Below are positions 28,960 through 38,345 of a DNA stretch of 64,000 bases, piece after piece. The stretch comes from an uncultured Muribaculaceae bacterium. Lineage in GTDB: Bacteria; Bacteroidota; Bacteroidia; Bacteroidales; UBA932. The stretch's first letter is position 1. Every line of letters begins with the position of its first letter. Made by a program: the position numbers and the translations under genes. Location: NCBI GenBank assembly GCA_964607675.1, contig CAZSLC010000011.1:347-64346 (forward strand). The letters are read 5' to 3'. Under the pieces are notes generated by a model. That model worked only from the letters and a program-made list of their open reading frames with translations. It searched no databases and was not told where the DNA came from.

Positions 28960-30804
28960 ATGGATAAAATAACTGTAAAATACGACGAGAGTGCATTCGA
29001 AACCTTAAAATGGAACGATCATATCAGACAAAGGTCTGGGATGTACATTGGCAATACAGGAGATGGCAGTTCTCCTGATGATGGCATATATGTTTTAATC
29101 AAAGAGGTCATAGACAACTCTATTGATGAATATGCAGCTGGATATGGGAAGGTAATAGATATTAAAATAGAGGACCACACAGTAACTATCCGAGACTACG
29201 GGAGAGGTATCCCACTTGAGAAGGTGATTGACGCTGCAAGTAAGATGATGACAGGGGCAAAATTTGACAGCAAAGTATTTCAAAAAAGTGTAGGGCTCAA
29301 TGGTGTTGGTCTTAAAGCAGTAAACGCTACTTCTTCATATTTTTTCATCGAATCATATCGAGACGGGGAGTATTCAAATGCCTCATTCTCTAAGGGTGAA
29401 ATACTATCAAATGAGAAAGGGGCTACTAAAGAGCCTAATGGCACTTTTACCAAATATATAGCAGATGATGAGGTTTTTGCTGGTTACCAATACAACATGG
29501 AGTTTATTGTTGACATGGTCAAAAAATACTCATATCTTAATACTGGACTCACACTAAGAATTAATGGCTCTGAGTATAAATCTGAAAATGGTCTCCTCGA
29601 TTTAGTCAATGAAAACATGGGCGAAGAATCACTTTATCCACCCATCCACTTGACTGGAAAGGACATAGAGATAGTTCTCACACATGGAACTAACAATGGG
29701 GAAAATATTGCATCATTTGTTAACGGCCAGAATACAACCCAAGGGGGGACACACCTCTCTGCATATAGAGAAGCCATTGTAAAAGTTATAAAGGAATTTT
29801 ATAAAAAAGACTATGAACCATCCGATATCAGACAATCTATTGTAGGTGCTATAAGTATAAGAGTTGTATCTCCTGAATTTGGTAATCAGACAAAAACAAA
29901 ATTAAATTCAAAGGATATTTCAAATGGAGTCTCCCTTAGAAGTTACATTATGGACTTTATTGGGGAAGAACTCGACAATTATCTCCATAAAAATCTATCT
30001 ACCTCAGAGATAATTCAGAAGAAAATTCAAGAGTCTGAGAGGGAGAGGAAAGCAATTTCCAACATTCAAAAAGGGACAAAAGAAAAAATAAAAAAAGCAA
30101 GTCTGTGCAATAAAAAATTGAGAGACTGCAGAGTCCACTATATAGACTCTAAAAACCCACTCTCCAACGACTCCTCACTATTTATCACAGAGGGTGATTC
30201 AGCAAGTGGTTCAATCACAAAAATCAGAAATGTCAACACCCAGGCAGTATTCAGTCTTAAAGGTAAACCTCTAAATTGTTATCAGAAAGGTAATAAAGAG
30301 GTATATAGCAACGAAGAGTTTATCCTTCTGAAAGCAGCTTTAAACATTGATGAAGACTTTGACAATCTCAGATACAATAAGGTAATAATTGCGACAGATG
30401 CCGATGTTGATGGGATGCACATTAGATTACTACTCCTTACATTCTTTTTAAAATACTACCCAGAACTCATTAGGAACAACCATTTATTTATTTTGCAAAC
30501 TCCCCTTTTTAGAGTTAGAAACAAAAAAACGACATTGTATTGCTACAATGAAGAGGAGAAAGAGTCGGCAATCAAGGAGTTGGGCAAAGGTCATGAGATA
30601 ACAAGGTTTAAAGGGTTAGGGGAAATTTCACATGATGAATTCAGAGTATTTATTGGAGAGAATATGAGACTTGACCAAGTAAAAATTGCTCAAGATGATA
30701 ATATTCCAAATATCCTTGAGTTTTACATGGGTAAAAATACTTTCCAAAGACAAAACTTTATTAGAGACAATCTTCGCTCCGATTTAATTATAGAAAACGC
30801 ATGA
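28960..30804 (+). CDS. parE: DNA topoisomerase IV subunit B (type IIA topoisomerase ATPase subunit, short Bacteroidota form)
   Basis: GHKL N-box EVIDNSIDE, GLNGVGLKAVNA, Toprim EGDSASG, PLKGKPLN, DADVDGMHI. About 615 aa, shorter than GyrB. I prefer ATG 28960 to TTG 28951. Confidence 0.85.
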   Translation: MDKITVKYDESAFETLKWNDHIRQRSGMYIGNTGDGSSPDDGIYVLIKEVIDNSIDEYAAGYGKVIDIKIEDHTVTIRDYGRGIPLEKVIDAASKMMTGAKFDSKVFQKSVGLNGVGLKAVNATSSYFFIESYRDGEYSNASFSKGEILSNEKGATKEPNGTFTKYIADDEVFAGYQYNMEFIVDMVKKYSYLNTGLTLRINGSEYKSENGLLDLVNENMGEESLYPPIHLTGKDIEIVLTHGTNNGENIASFVNGQNTTQGGTHLSAYREAIVKVIKEFYKKDYEPSDIRQSIVGAISIRVVSPEFGNQTKTKLNSKDISNGVSLRSYIMDFIGEELDNYLHKNLSTSEIIQKKIQESERERKAISNIQKGTKEKIKKASLCNKKLRDCRVHYIDSKNPLSNDSSLFITEGDSASGSITKIRNVNTQAVFSLKGKPLNCYQKGNKEVYSNEEFILLKAALNIDEDFDNLRYNKVIIATDADVDGMHIRLLLLTFFLKYYPELIRNNHLFILQTPLFRVRNKKTTLYCYNEEEKESAIKELGKGHEITRFKGLGEISHDEFRVFIGENMRLDQVKIAQDDNIPNILEFYMGKNTFQRQNFIRDNLRSDLIIENA

Positions 30805-31370
30805 ATGCCAAATTAGCACATTTCATACTCAAATCATTGGGGTGGAAGGCGATGGAACCACCTGTTCCAGAGCCCAAATGTATCATTCTTGGAGTTCCAC
30901 ACACTTCTGTATGGGACTTTGTGATATCCTATTTGTACTACTCTTCCGTAGGGGGAAAAGCATACGTCATGATAAAAAAAGGGTTCTTCAAATGGCCGCT
31001 GGGGCCAATTTTAAGAAGATGCGGAGCTATACCAGTAGAACGCACAGTGCACGCTGGAGCCAGCCTTGTCAGGCAGATTATCACCGCTTTTGAAAAACAT
31101 GAACAACTCCACCTTGCAATAGCACCTGAGGGGACAAGAAAGCCAGTTACCAAATGGAAGGCTGGTTTTCATGCCATTGCAAAAGGGGCAGGAGTTCCAG
31201 TGTATCTTGGATATTTTGACTGGAAAACTAAAACAGTAGGAAGGGGGGTAAAGTTTGAGATCACAGATGATGCTCAAAGCGATTTAAAAAGAATCAGACA
31301 ATGGTACAAAGATAAGGGGGTAGTTGGCTTACATCCTGACAATTTTGCAACTGGCAACGACTTGGTATAA
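30801..31370 (+). CDS. Lysophospholipid (1-acyl-sn-glycerol-3-phosphate) acyltransferase family protein
   Basis: HX4D motif HTSVWD and APEGTR motif. ATGA overlap with parE. Confidence 0.7.
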   Translation: MNAKLAHFILKSLGWKAMEPPVPEPKCIILGVPHTSVWDFVISYLYYSSVGGKAYVMIKKGFFKWPLGPILRRCGAIPVERTVHAGASLVRQIITAFEKHEQLHLAIAPEGTRKPVTKWKAGFHAIAKGAGVPVYLGYFDWKTKTVGRGVKFEITDDAQSDLKRIRQWYKDKGVVGLHPDNFATGNDLV

Positions 31371-31391
31371 AGTTTGAGAACAATTAACGAT

Positions 31392-33065
31392 ATGGAAAAT
31401 ATATATCACAAATCTCTCAGAGCATTATTTGAATACTCGACATCAAAATATCCCAACAATAAAGCTTTGTATTTTATTAACGGCCCAGGATATACGTATA
31501 ACGAATTTGCTATCAAAACAAGAGAAATTTCCGATATACTATCAAAATACGGAATAAAAAAAGGGGATAAAGTTGGCTTAATATCTCAAAATATGCCCAA
31601 TTGGGCAGTCGCTTTTTTTAGCATCTCCGCATTTGGAAAGATAGCAATTCCGATGTTGCCTGATTTTTCAGAAAGCGACATCAAACATATATTGAAACAC
31701 TCCGAGAGTAAAGCACTCTTTGTATCTGAAAAGTTATATCCAAAAATTAAAGAAAAGGCAATAGACAGATTGTCTCTTATCATCAAGCTCGATGATTTTT
31801 CGATTATAAAAGGTGAAATGGTCGAAGAACCAGAACCAACACTTTCACCAGATCAAATAAAAAGTGAAGATTTGGCCTCAATAATATACACCTCTGGCAC
31901 TACTGGAAGTTCTAAAGGGGTGATGCTTACACATAAAAATTTTTGTGCCAATTTATATGCTGCCCAAAATCTTAGGCCGAGCTACGAATGGGATGTATGG
32001 CTTTCACTCCTTCCTCTATCTCATACTTTGGAAAACAGCCTCTCCCTGATCCTTCCTATGCAAGCTGGAGCTTCTGTTTATTACTTAACTAAGGCCCCAA
32101 CACCAACAATACTGATGAAAGCATTTGCAGAAGTTCACCCGACATCCATCCTATCAGTCCCCCTCATAATTGAAAAAGTATATAAGAGTTCCATATTGCC
32201 ACAACTTAATAAAAGCTTTATAACAAGAACACTGTATAAAATTGGTCCCACAAGAAAAATTTTACACAAAGTTGCAGGAAAAAAATTGATGCAAAAATTT
32301 GGTGGAGCTATTAGGTTCTTTGGAATAGGAGGTGCAAAGTTAAATAGGGATGTCGAGCGTTTCCTATACGAGTCCAAATTTCCATATGCAATTGGCTATG
32401 GTCTCACCGAAACCTCTCCTCTACTCGCAGGGGCAATACCATCAATGGTAAGAATGGGATCTACTGGCCCCGCAGTGTATGGAGTTCAGTTAAAATTGAT
32501 AGACATAGATCCAAGCACTGGAATAGGGGAAATAGTTGCCAAAGGAGATAACGTGATGATGGGTTATTACAAAAATATTGAGGCTACAGAGGAGGCATTT
32601 ACCCCTGATGGGTGGTTCAAAACAAAAGACCTCGGAATCTTCGATAAGGATGGATGGCTCTACATCAAAGGAAGGACAAACAACACCATCATAGGGCCGA
32701 GTGGAGAAAACATCTACCCTGAAGAGATAGAGAGTGTCATCAACAGCCACGATTTGGTGAGTGAGTCAATAGTAACCGAAGAGAGGGGAAAATTGAAAGC
32801 TTTAGTACATTTTAACTCTGAAAAGCTTGCGGCATTTCTCGCTACAAAAGATGAGTTAACAAAAACAGCTCAAGAAAAAATTGAAAATCTCAAAAAAGAG
32901 ATAATGGATTATGTCAACGAAAAAGTAAGCAAATTTTCAAAAATCAGCGATGTTACAGAGCACGAAGAGGAATTTGAAAAGACCGCTACTCAAAAGATAA
33001 AACGCTACCTATACAGCAAAACTAACACTGCCGTTAATAAGGGAAAAGAGGCGATTAAAAAGTAA
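31392..33065 (+). CDS. Long-chain fatty acid-CoA ligase (AMP-binding enzyme)
   Basis: AMP-binding YTSGTTGSSKGV, GYGLTETSP, WFKTKDLG, GRTNNTII. ATG 31392 preferred to TTG 31374. Confidence 0.85.
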   Translation: MENIYHKSLRALFEYSTSKYPNNKALYFINGPGYTYNEFAIKTREISDILSKYGIKKGDKVGLISQNMPNWAVAFFSISAFGKIAIPMLPDFSESDIKHILKHSESKALFVSEKLYPKIKEKAIDRLSLIIKLDDFSIIKGEMVEEPEPTLSPDQIKSEDLASIIYTSGTTGSSKGVMLTHKNFCANLYAAQNLRPSYEWDVWLSLLPLSHTLENSLSLILPMQAGASVYYLTKAPTPTILMKAFAEVHPTSILSVPLIIEKVYKSSILPQLNKSFITRTLYKIGPTRKILHKVAGKKLMQKFGGAIRFFGIGGAKLNRDVERFLYESKFPYAIGYGLTETSPLLAGAIPSMVRMGSTGPAVYGVQLKLIDIDPSTGIGEIVAKGDNVMMGYYKNIEATEEAFTPDGWFKTKDLGIFDKDGWLYIKGRTNNTIIGPSGENIYPEEIESVINSHDLVSESIVTEERGKLKALVHFNSEKLAAFLATKDELTKTAQEKIENLKKEIMDYVNEKVSKFSKISDVTEHEEEFEKTATQKIKRYLYSKTNTAVNKGKEAIKK

Positions 33066-33888
33066 TATCCAACCTCCCCACATATATCCCTTTTTCTGCA
33101 GCTTGCATAACAGGAATTTCCTTTCCATTTTTATTTTTATATATCTTAGCCTCTTTGAGGTTGGTATGAGAGTGTCCCCCTATAATCATATCTATATTTT
33201 CCGACTCCTCAGCCAACCTTATATCTGAAACGCCCTTTCCACTTCTGCTATATCCGATATGAGTCAATGCTATGACAATATCACACTTCTCCTCTATTTT
33301 TAGCTTACGGGCCACTTCATTAGCTACCTCAATAGCGTCTCTATATACCAATCCATTTTGAGAACTTTTTGAAACGTATGTTTTTAAGTTTGCCAAAAGT
33401 CCAAATATGCCTATTTTCTTTCCACATTTATTAACTATAGTATATGGCTTTACATAGGGAGCCAAAGGTGTATTAGAAAAATCATAATTAGCACAAACAG
33501 TCTGAAAACGAGCTTTAGAAAGTCTCCTCGCCAAATCTTCTTGTCCATTGTCAAACTCATGGTTGCCTAGGCAAACGACTTCGTACCCCATGGCATTCAT
33601 TAGATCAATCTCCATATCGCCGTGGTTAACAGTATAATATGGCGTACCTTGGTTAAAATCTCCTGCATCTAATAAAAGGACATTGTCGTTCTCTTTTTTT
33701 ACATTTTCAATATATACAGCTCTTCTAAGAACTCCCCCATTTCCTGAGAAATCTCCTGAACGGACAGTCTCTATCTGTGAATGTGTATCATTGGTGTGGA
33801 GTATTACCAGTTTCTGGCCACTTGCCGAAACAGTGATTAACAAACTAAATAATAAAGCAATCACTTTCATATTTTCCATTCTTTTCAT
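33055..33888 (-). CDS. Metallophosphoesterase, N-terminal half of a UshA-type 5'-nucleotidase
   Basis: Signal peptide. HTNDTHS, DAGDFNQGTPYY, GNHEFD, GGHSH metallophosphatase motifs. Confidence 0.8.
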   Translation of the reverse strand: MKRMENMKVIALLFSLLITVSASGQKLVILHTNDTHSQIETVRSGDFSGNGGVLRRAVYIENVKKENDNVLLLDAGDFNQGTPYYTVNHGDMEIDLMNAMGYEVVCLGNHEFDNGQEDLARRLSKARFQTVCANYDFSNTPLAPYVKPYTIVNKCGKKIGIFGLLANLKTYVSKSSQNGLVYRDAIEVANEVARKLKIEEKCDIVIALTHIGYSRSGKGVSDIRLAEESENIDMIIGGHSHTNLKEAKIYKNKNGKEIPVMQAAEKGIYVGRLDITF

Positions 33889-33900
33889 AACCTAACCCCT

Positions 33901-34647
33901 TTATAAAATTGTAATACGATTATCTGTCGTATTATTAAAAATATACTTATTCTTGCTCTTTGCTTTAATGTAATCAACCACAGCATCCCTTAAAACAATC
34001 TCTGTATCCAAGATTTTAAGAGCATGTTTACCAATGGACAGAGAATCTCCACCAGTAATTAAAAAATCTATTGTGGCAAGTTTATAGATAAAGTCATCAT
34101 CCAACGGTTCGCCCCCTATCATACACGATTCTATCTTTTTATCCTTGACTACTAATTCAATCCCCCCCAGTGCCTCAAAATGCCATCCTATAAATCTCTC
34201 TATCAATTTTCTAATATCTTTCCCTTTGATATCTACGATCACCACTTTATTGTCAAATGGAAAAGTAGAAAAGACATCGTATATCCTTATATCTCCCTTT
34301 GGAAGATTGCTTCTGATTCCGCCGAAATTGGTCAGAGAAATCATTCTGTCATTTTTACCAATATATGGTAGAGCAGCTGAATAGATAACATCTGTTGCAA
34401 GATTTGAGAGTCCACTTTGTGGTTTCTTGCTTGAGAGCTCTTCAGAGGCATATCCAATTATCTCCATAAGCGGTTCGATTGAAGGATAATACTTATTTAT
34501 AATGGCTAAAACTTCCTTTCCCTGAAGGTCACTATCATATTGAGAAGACATTTGCACCCTTTGCCAACTATATTGATACCCATGAGAACAAGAGGATAAT
34601 AATATAAGGAAAATAAATGCTAAAAAAAGAGGGTAAAATTTTTTCAT
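33901..34647 (-). CDS. 5'-nucleotidase C-terminal (substrate-binding) domain lipoprotein
   Basis: Lipobox LLSSC. NFGGIRSNLPKGDIRIYDVFSTFPFDN resembles the UshA C-terminal domain. Adjacent to the metallophosphatase half. Confidence 0.7.
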   Translation of the reverse strand: MKKFYPLFLAFIFLILLSSCSHGYQYSWQRVQMSSQYDSDLQGKEVLAIINKYYPSIEPLMEIIGYASEELSSKKPQSGLSNLATDVIYSAALPYIGKNDRMISLTNFGGIRSNLPKGDIRIYDVFSTFPFDNKVVIVDIKGKDIRKLIERFIGWHFEALGGIELVVKDKKIESCMIGGEPLDDDFIYKLATIDFLITGGDSLSIGKHALKILDTEIVLRDAVVDYIKAKSKNKYIFNNTTDNRITIL

Positions 34648-34655
34648 AATCTACA

Positions 34656-35981
34656 TTAATATTTAATCCACTTCATTAAGTCTTTCCAAGTCACCTTCTT
34701 ACCGTACATCAATATTCCAACCCTGTATATTTTGCCAGAGAGAAATACTATTACAAGGAAAGTGGCAAGTAGCAAGCCAATAGACAATAACAACTCCCAG
34801 AGGGGAACGCCACCTTCAAATGGGATACGTGCCAACATCACCATTGGTGAAGTAAATGGAATCATAGAGGCCCAGAACGAGAGTGAACTGTCTGGATGCT
34901 GGAAAGTATGAATCATTATAAATAAGCCTAAAATCATCGGCATCGTAATAGGCATAATAAGTTGTTGTGTATCAGCTTCATTGTCAACAGCAGATCCCAC
35001 AGCTGCAAACATAGCAGAATACAAAAGGTATCCAAGGACAAAATAAATCAAGAAACAACCTAAAATATAAGGGAAATTAATATTTGCAATCGCCGCAAAA
35101 ATTCCATTTATAGGGGAATTAGATATGGCTCCCATTTGTCCTGCAATTATCTCAGGGGGAACTGCTCCACTACTGAGAAAATCTCCACCTGCTATCAATT
35201 GGAAACCGAGTATAAACGCAACAGTCAACACAATCCAAATGAGGAACTGCGTGATTGCTACACATGCCACACCAGCTATCTTACCGATCATCAAATCAAA
35301 AGGTTTGATTGAAGAGACAATTACTTCAACTATTCTACTTGACTTTTCATCAATTACGCTCCTCATCACCATATTCCCAAACATTATGACAAAAATATAG
35401 ATAAAGAAACTCAGGACATAAGAGATCCCCATGCTTAACTCAACCATACTCTTCTTCTCCACACCCTCTTTGTCAATAGTATATGTGTCAAGATTAATTG
35501 ACGTATTGACATCATTCATTATCAAATCAAGATTCTCTATATCATAAGTGGAAAGTTTATAGGCTTCTATAGCCTTTTCAGCTTTAGACTCTATATCTGA
35601 CTTGATTCCCATAGTCAGTTGTTTGTCAGAGAAAGCAGAAACTTTTACATTGTTTTTATCATCCATCTTAGAGATGAGAACCACAGCATCAACACCCAAT
35701 GAGGAGAAATGTTTCTTTAGAGAATCTATATCTGCACCATTGTTGGCTTGATATGCAATAGATTTTGTGTTACTCAAATCTCTTGAAACGACACCTGATT
35801 CATCTACTATCATCACTTTTTTAATATCTTCTTCACCTTTGTTCATCATTATCAGAGAGGGGACGATAACCAATGCTGCAAAAAAGATAGGGCCTAAGAT
35901 GGTGGTAATAATAAAAGATTTTTTCTTAACTCTGATCGAAAATTCACGACCGACTACAATATTTATTTTTTTAAAATCCAT
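34656..35981 (-). CDS. ABC-2 type transporter permease (NatB-like)
   Basis: N-terminal TM, about 150-aa external loop and five C-terminal TM segments. 1-nt gap to the upstream ATPase gene. Confidence 0.75.
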   Translation of the reverse strand: MDFKKINIVVGREFSIRVKKKSFIITTILGPIFFAALVIVPSLIMMNKGEEDIKKVMIVDESGVVSRDLSNTKSIAYQANNGADIDSLKKHFSSLGVDAVVLISKMDDKNNVKVSAFSDKQLTMGIKSDIESKAEKAIEAYKLSTYDIENLDLIMNDVNTSINLDTYTIDKEGVEKKSMVELSMGISYVLSFFIYIFVIMFGNMVMRSVIDEKSSRIVEVIVSSIKPFDLMIGKIAGVACVAITQFLIWIVLTVAFILGFQLIAGGDFLSSGAVPPEIIAGQMGAISNSPINGIFAAIANINFPYILGCFLIYFVLGYLLYSAMFAAVGSAVDNEADTQQLIMPITMPMILGLFIMIHTFQHPDSSLSFWASMIPFTSPMVMLARIPFEGGVPLWELLLSIGLLLATFLVIVFLSGKIYRVGILMYGKKVTWKDLMKWIKY

Positions 35982-35982
35982 C

Positions 35983-36900
35983 TTATTTTCCTCCTTGAAC
36001 TAATTTAATAAAAATATCATTCATACTTGGAATGAGCTCCCTGTATGAGAGTATATTATCTGTACAATTTAAAATATCTTGAAGAACAGCCTTAGAAGAA
36101 CAACCTTGCTCAACATTGATGACCGCTCTTCTATTTCCTTTATACTCGTCATCCGAAATCAGATTCATAATGTTCGAATGTGAAAAGTCAGAAGGGGCAT
36201 CTGAAGCGTAGATAAGCTCTATCTGATTATCTCCATGTTCTTTTCTGATTTTTTCAACTTCACCTGTAACTACCAGTTTAGACTTATTAATAAGTGCAAT
36301 ACTATCACACATCTCCTCAACAGACTCCATATTGTGAGTAGAAAGAATAATAGTGGTTCCACTCTCTTTCATCTTGATTATCTCATTCCTTATAAGCTGA
36401 ACATTGATGGGATCAAAGCCAGAAAAAGGTTCATCAAGGATTAAAAGTGAAGGGTTATGCAATACAGTGGTGATAAATTGGACCTTTTGAGCCATCCCTT
36501 TCGACAACTCTTCAACTTTTTTATTCCACCACATTTCTATCCCAAATTTCAAAAACCATTTTTTCAGCTCCACTACCGCTTGAGCTCTGCTCATACCTTT
36601 TAAACGGGCTAAATAGATGGCCTGTTCTCCCACCTTCATTTTTTTATAGAGCCCCCTCTCTTCTGGCAAATATCCAATAAAAGAGATATCTGATGGAACT
36701 ATTTTCTTTCCATTGAAAAGTACCTCTCCAGAGTCAGGAATCGTTATTTGGTTCATTATTCTAATTAGAGTTGTCTTTCCTGCCCCATTAGGGCCAAGCA
36801 GACCAAAGACAGTTCCTTTTGGAACATTTATTGAGACCGAGTTTAAAGCAGTAAAATTCCCAAACTTCTTCACAATCTCCTTACAAACAATTGTATCCAT
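35983..36900 (-). CDS. ABC transporter ATP-binding protein (NatA-like)
   Basis: Walker A GPNGAGKTT, signature LSKGMAQKV, Walker B LLILDEP, H-loop STHNM. Confidence 0.92.
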   Translation of the reverse strand: MDTIVCKEIVKKFGNFTALNSVSINVPKGTVFGLLGPNGAGKTTLIRIMNQITIPDSGEVLFNGKKIVPSDISFIGYLPEERGLYKKMKVGEQAIYLARLKGMSRAQAVVELKKWFLKFGIEMWWNKKVEELSKGMAQKVQFITTVLHNPSLLILDEPFSGFDPINVQLIRNEIIKMKESGTTIILSTHNMESVEEMCDSIALINKSKLVVTGEVEKIRKEHGDNQIELIYASDAPSDFSHSNIMNLISDDEYKGNRRAVINVEQGCSSKAVLQDILNCTDNILSYRELIPSMNDIFIKLVQGGK

Positions 36901-36918
36901 GTATTAAAAATTATCGTG

Positions 36919-36926
36919 CAAAAGTA
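36919..36926 (-). promoter_or_regulatory. -7 promoter box (TACTTTTG) for the ABC transporter unit
   Basis: Exact TAnnTTTG on the minus strand, 18 nt upstream of ATG 36900. Confidence 0.45.
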
Positions 36927-36936
36927 ATAAAAAAAA

Positions 36937-37674
36937 TCATTTAACATACCTTTCAACTTGTACTCCTTGCTTTGAAGTCAAAATTCCATTTTCGACAAGA
37001 ACTTCAACGGATAATTCACTTTTTTTTACCAGTTTTCTCATCCTCTCTATCCCTTTTGCAGCATAATATCCAATATATGGATGACTAACCAATGTATCAA
37101 TAGGGGTACTAAATAGGTCAAGTCTTTGAACATGAGTAGTATCAACAATTAACTTATCTGCAAATTTAGAATATCTCTCATAATCAATCCCATTGATCTC
37201 CATCAACTGTTCGGCATCAACATATTTTCCAAGTTTTTCTCGATATTCTATTATCTTTTTAGCATAATACGGACCTATCCCATAGAGTGTTACAAGCTGT
37301 GAACTATCAGCACTATTGAGATCCACTTTAGGAGTCTGATATTCGCTGTAACTACTACTATTAGATGAATTATGTTGAGAGGAGAATGATTTTGTGGGTT
37401 TGCTCGATGTTGAAGATGTTGATGATGTTGATGATGTTGAAGATTTTATTGAGGGGAAATATTGTGGACGGTTTTGCGTTCGCCTCTCTTTTGTCCGAAT
37501 TTCAACGTACACTGTATCCCTCACTATAACCAATTGTGGTTCAAATAGAACTCCGTTCCTTCGAAGAATTGCCACTGCAAAAAATACAAATTGAATCAGC
37601 AGCAGCGTAAAAATTAAAATTATGATACCTTTCGAAAAATATTCAGATATCTCTTTTTTTCTCTTTCCCTGCAT
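36937..37674 (-). CDS. ComEA-like helix-hairpin-helix DNA-binding protein, membrane anchored, with a Ser/Thr repeat linker
   Basis: N-terminal TM (IIILIFTLLLIQFVFFAVAIL), (STS)n linker, HhH DLNSADSSQLVTLYGIGPYYAKKIIEYREKLGKYVDAEQLMEINGI. Confidence 0.6.
   Translation of the reverse strand: MQGKRKKEISEYFSKGIIILIFTLLLIQFVFFAVAILRRNGVLFEPQLVIVRDTVYVEIRTKERRTQNRPQYFPSIKSSTSSTSSTSSTSSKPTKSFSSQHNSSNSSSYSEYQTPKVDLNSADSSQLVTLYGIGPYYAKKIIEYREKLGKYVDAEQLMEINGIDYERYSKFADKLIVDTTHVQRLDLFSTPIDTLVSHPYIGYYAAKGIERMRKLVKKSELSVEVLVENGILTSKQGVQVERYVK
37406..37444 (-). repeat. In-frame 9-bp tandem repeat (gatgttgaw x4.3) encoding SSTSSTSSTSSTS
   Basis: Direct reading of 37406-37444. Confidence 0.8.
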
Positions 37675-38344
37675 AGTCTCCCCCCTCTAAAATTATTACT
37701 ATTTCACCTTTAGGCTCATTTATTTCAAACCAATCACGCACCTCCCTCAATGTGCCCCTGCGAGTCTCCTCGTGGAGTTTGCTAATCTCCCTCGATACGG
37801 AAACCCTCCTATCCTCCCCAAAGGTACCAATCATCTGGGTAAGAGTTTTCACAAGGCGAAATGGTGATTCATAAAAGATCATCGTCCTCCCCTCAGATGC
37901 AAGTTCTGCAAATTTAGTTTGCCTCCCCTTTTTAATGGGGAGAAATCCTTCAAAAACAAATCTGTCGCAGGGTAGAGCAGAGTCCACCAAAGCAGGGACA
38001 AATGCGGTAGCACCTGGCAGGGTTTCAACTTCTATTTCATGTTCAGCACAGCAACGAGACAATAGAAATCCAGGATCAGAAATACCAGGGGTGCCAGCAT
38101 CAGAGATCAGAGCAACATTTTTCCCAGATAATATCTTTTCGCAAATGGCAGCAGAGCTCTTATGCTCATTGAATTTATGATGCGACTCCATATGGGTAGA
38201 TATTTCATATTTTTTCAGCAAGAAAGAACTCGTCCTGGTATCTTCAGCTAAAATAAGATCGACCTCTTTTAATACACGTATCGCCCTTAAAGTGATGTCC
38301 TCAAGGTTCCCAATAGGGGTAGGTACTATATACAATTTTGCCAT
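37643..38344 (-). CDS. rsmI: 16S rRNA (cytidine1402-2'-O)-methyltransferase RsmI
   Basis: LYIVPTPIGNLEDITLRAIRVLKEVDLILAEDTR, SDAGTPGISDPG, FEGFLP, FYESPFR. Confidence 0.9.
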   Translation of the reverse strand: MAKLYIVPTPIGNLEDITLRAIRVLKEVDLILAEDTRTSSFLLKKYEISTHMESHHKFNEHKSSAAICEKILSGKNVALISDAGTPGISDPGFLLSRCCAEHEIEVETLPGATAFVPALVDSALPCDRFVFEGFLPIKKGRQTKFAELASEGRTMIFYESPFRLVKTLTQMIGTFGEDRRVSVSREISKLHEETRRGTLREVRDWFEINEPKGEIVIILEGGDYAGKEKKRDI

Positions 38345-38345
38345 A

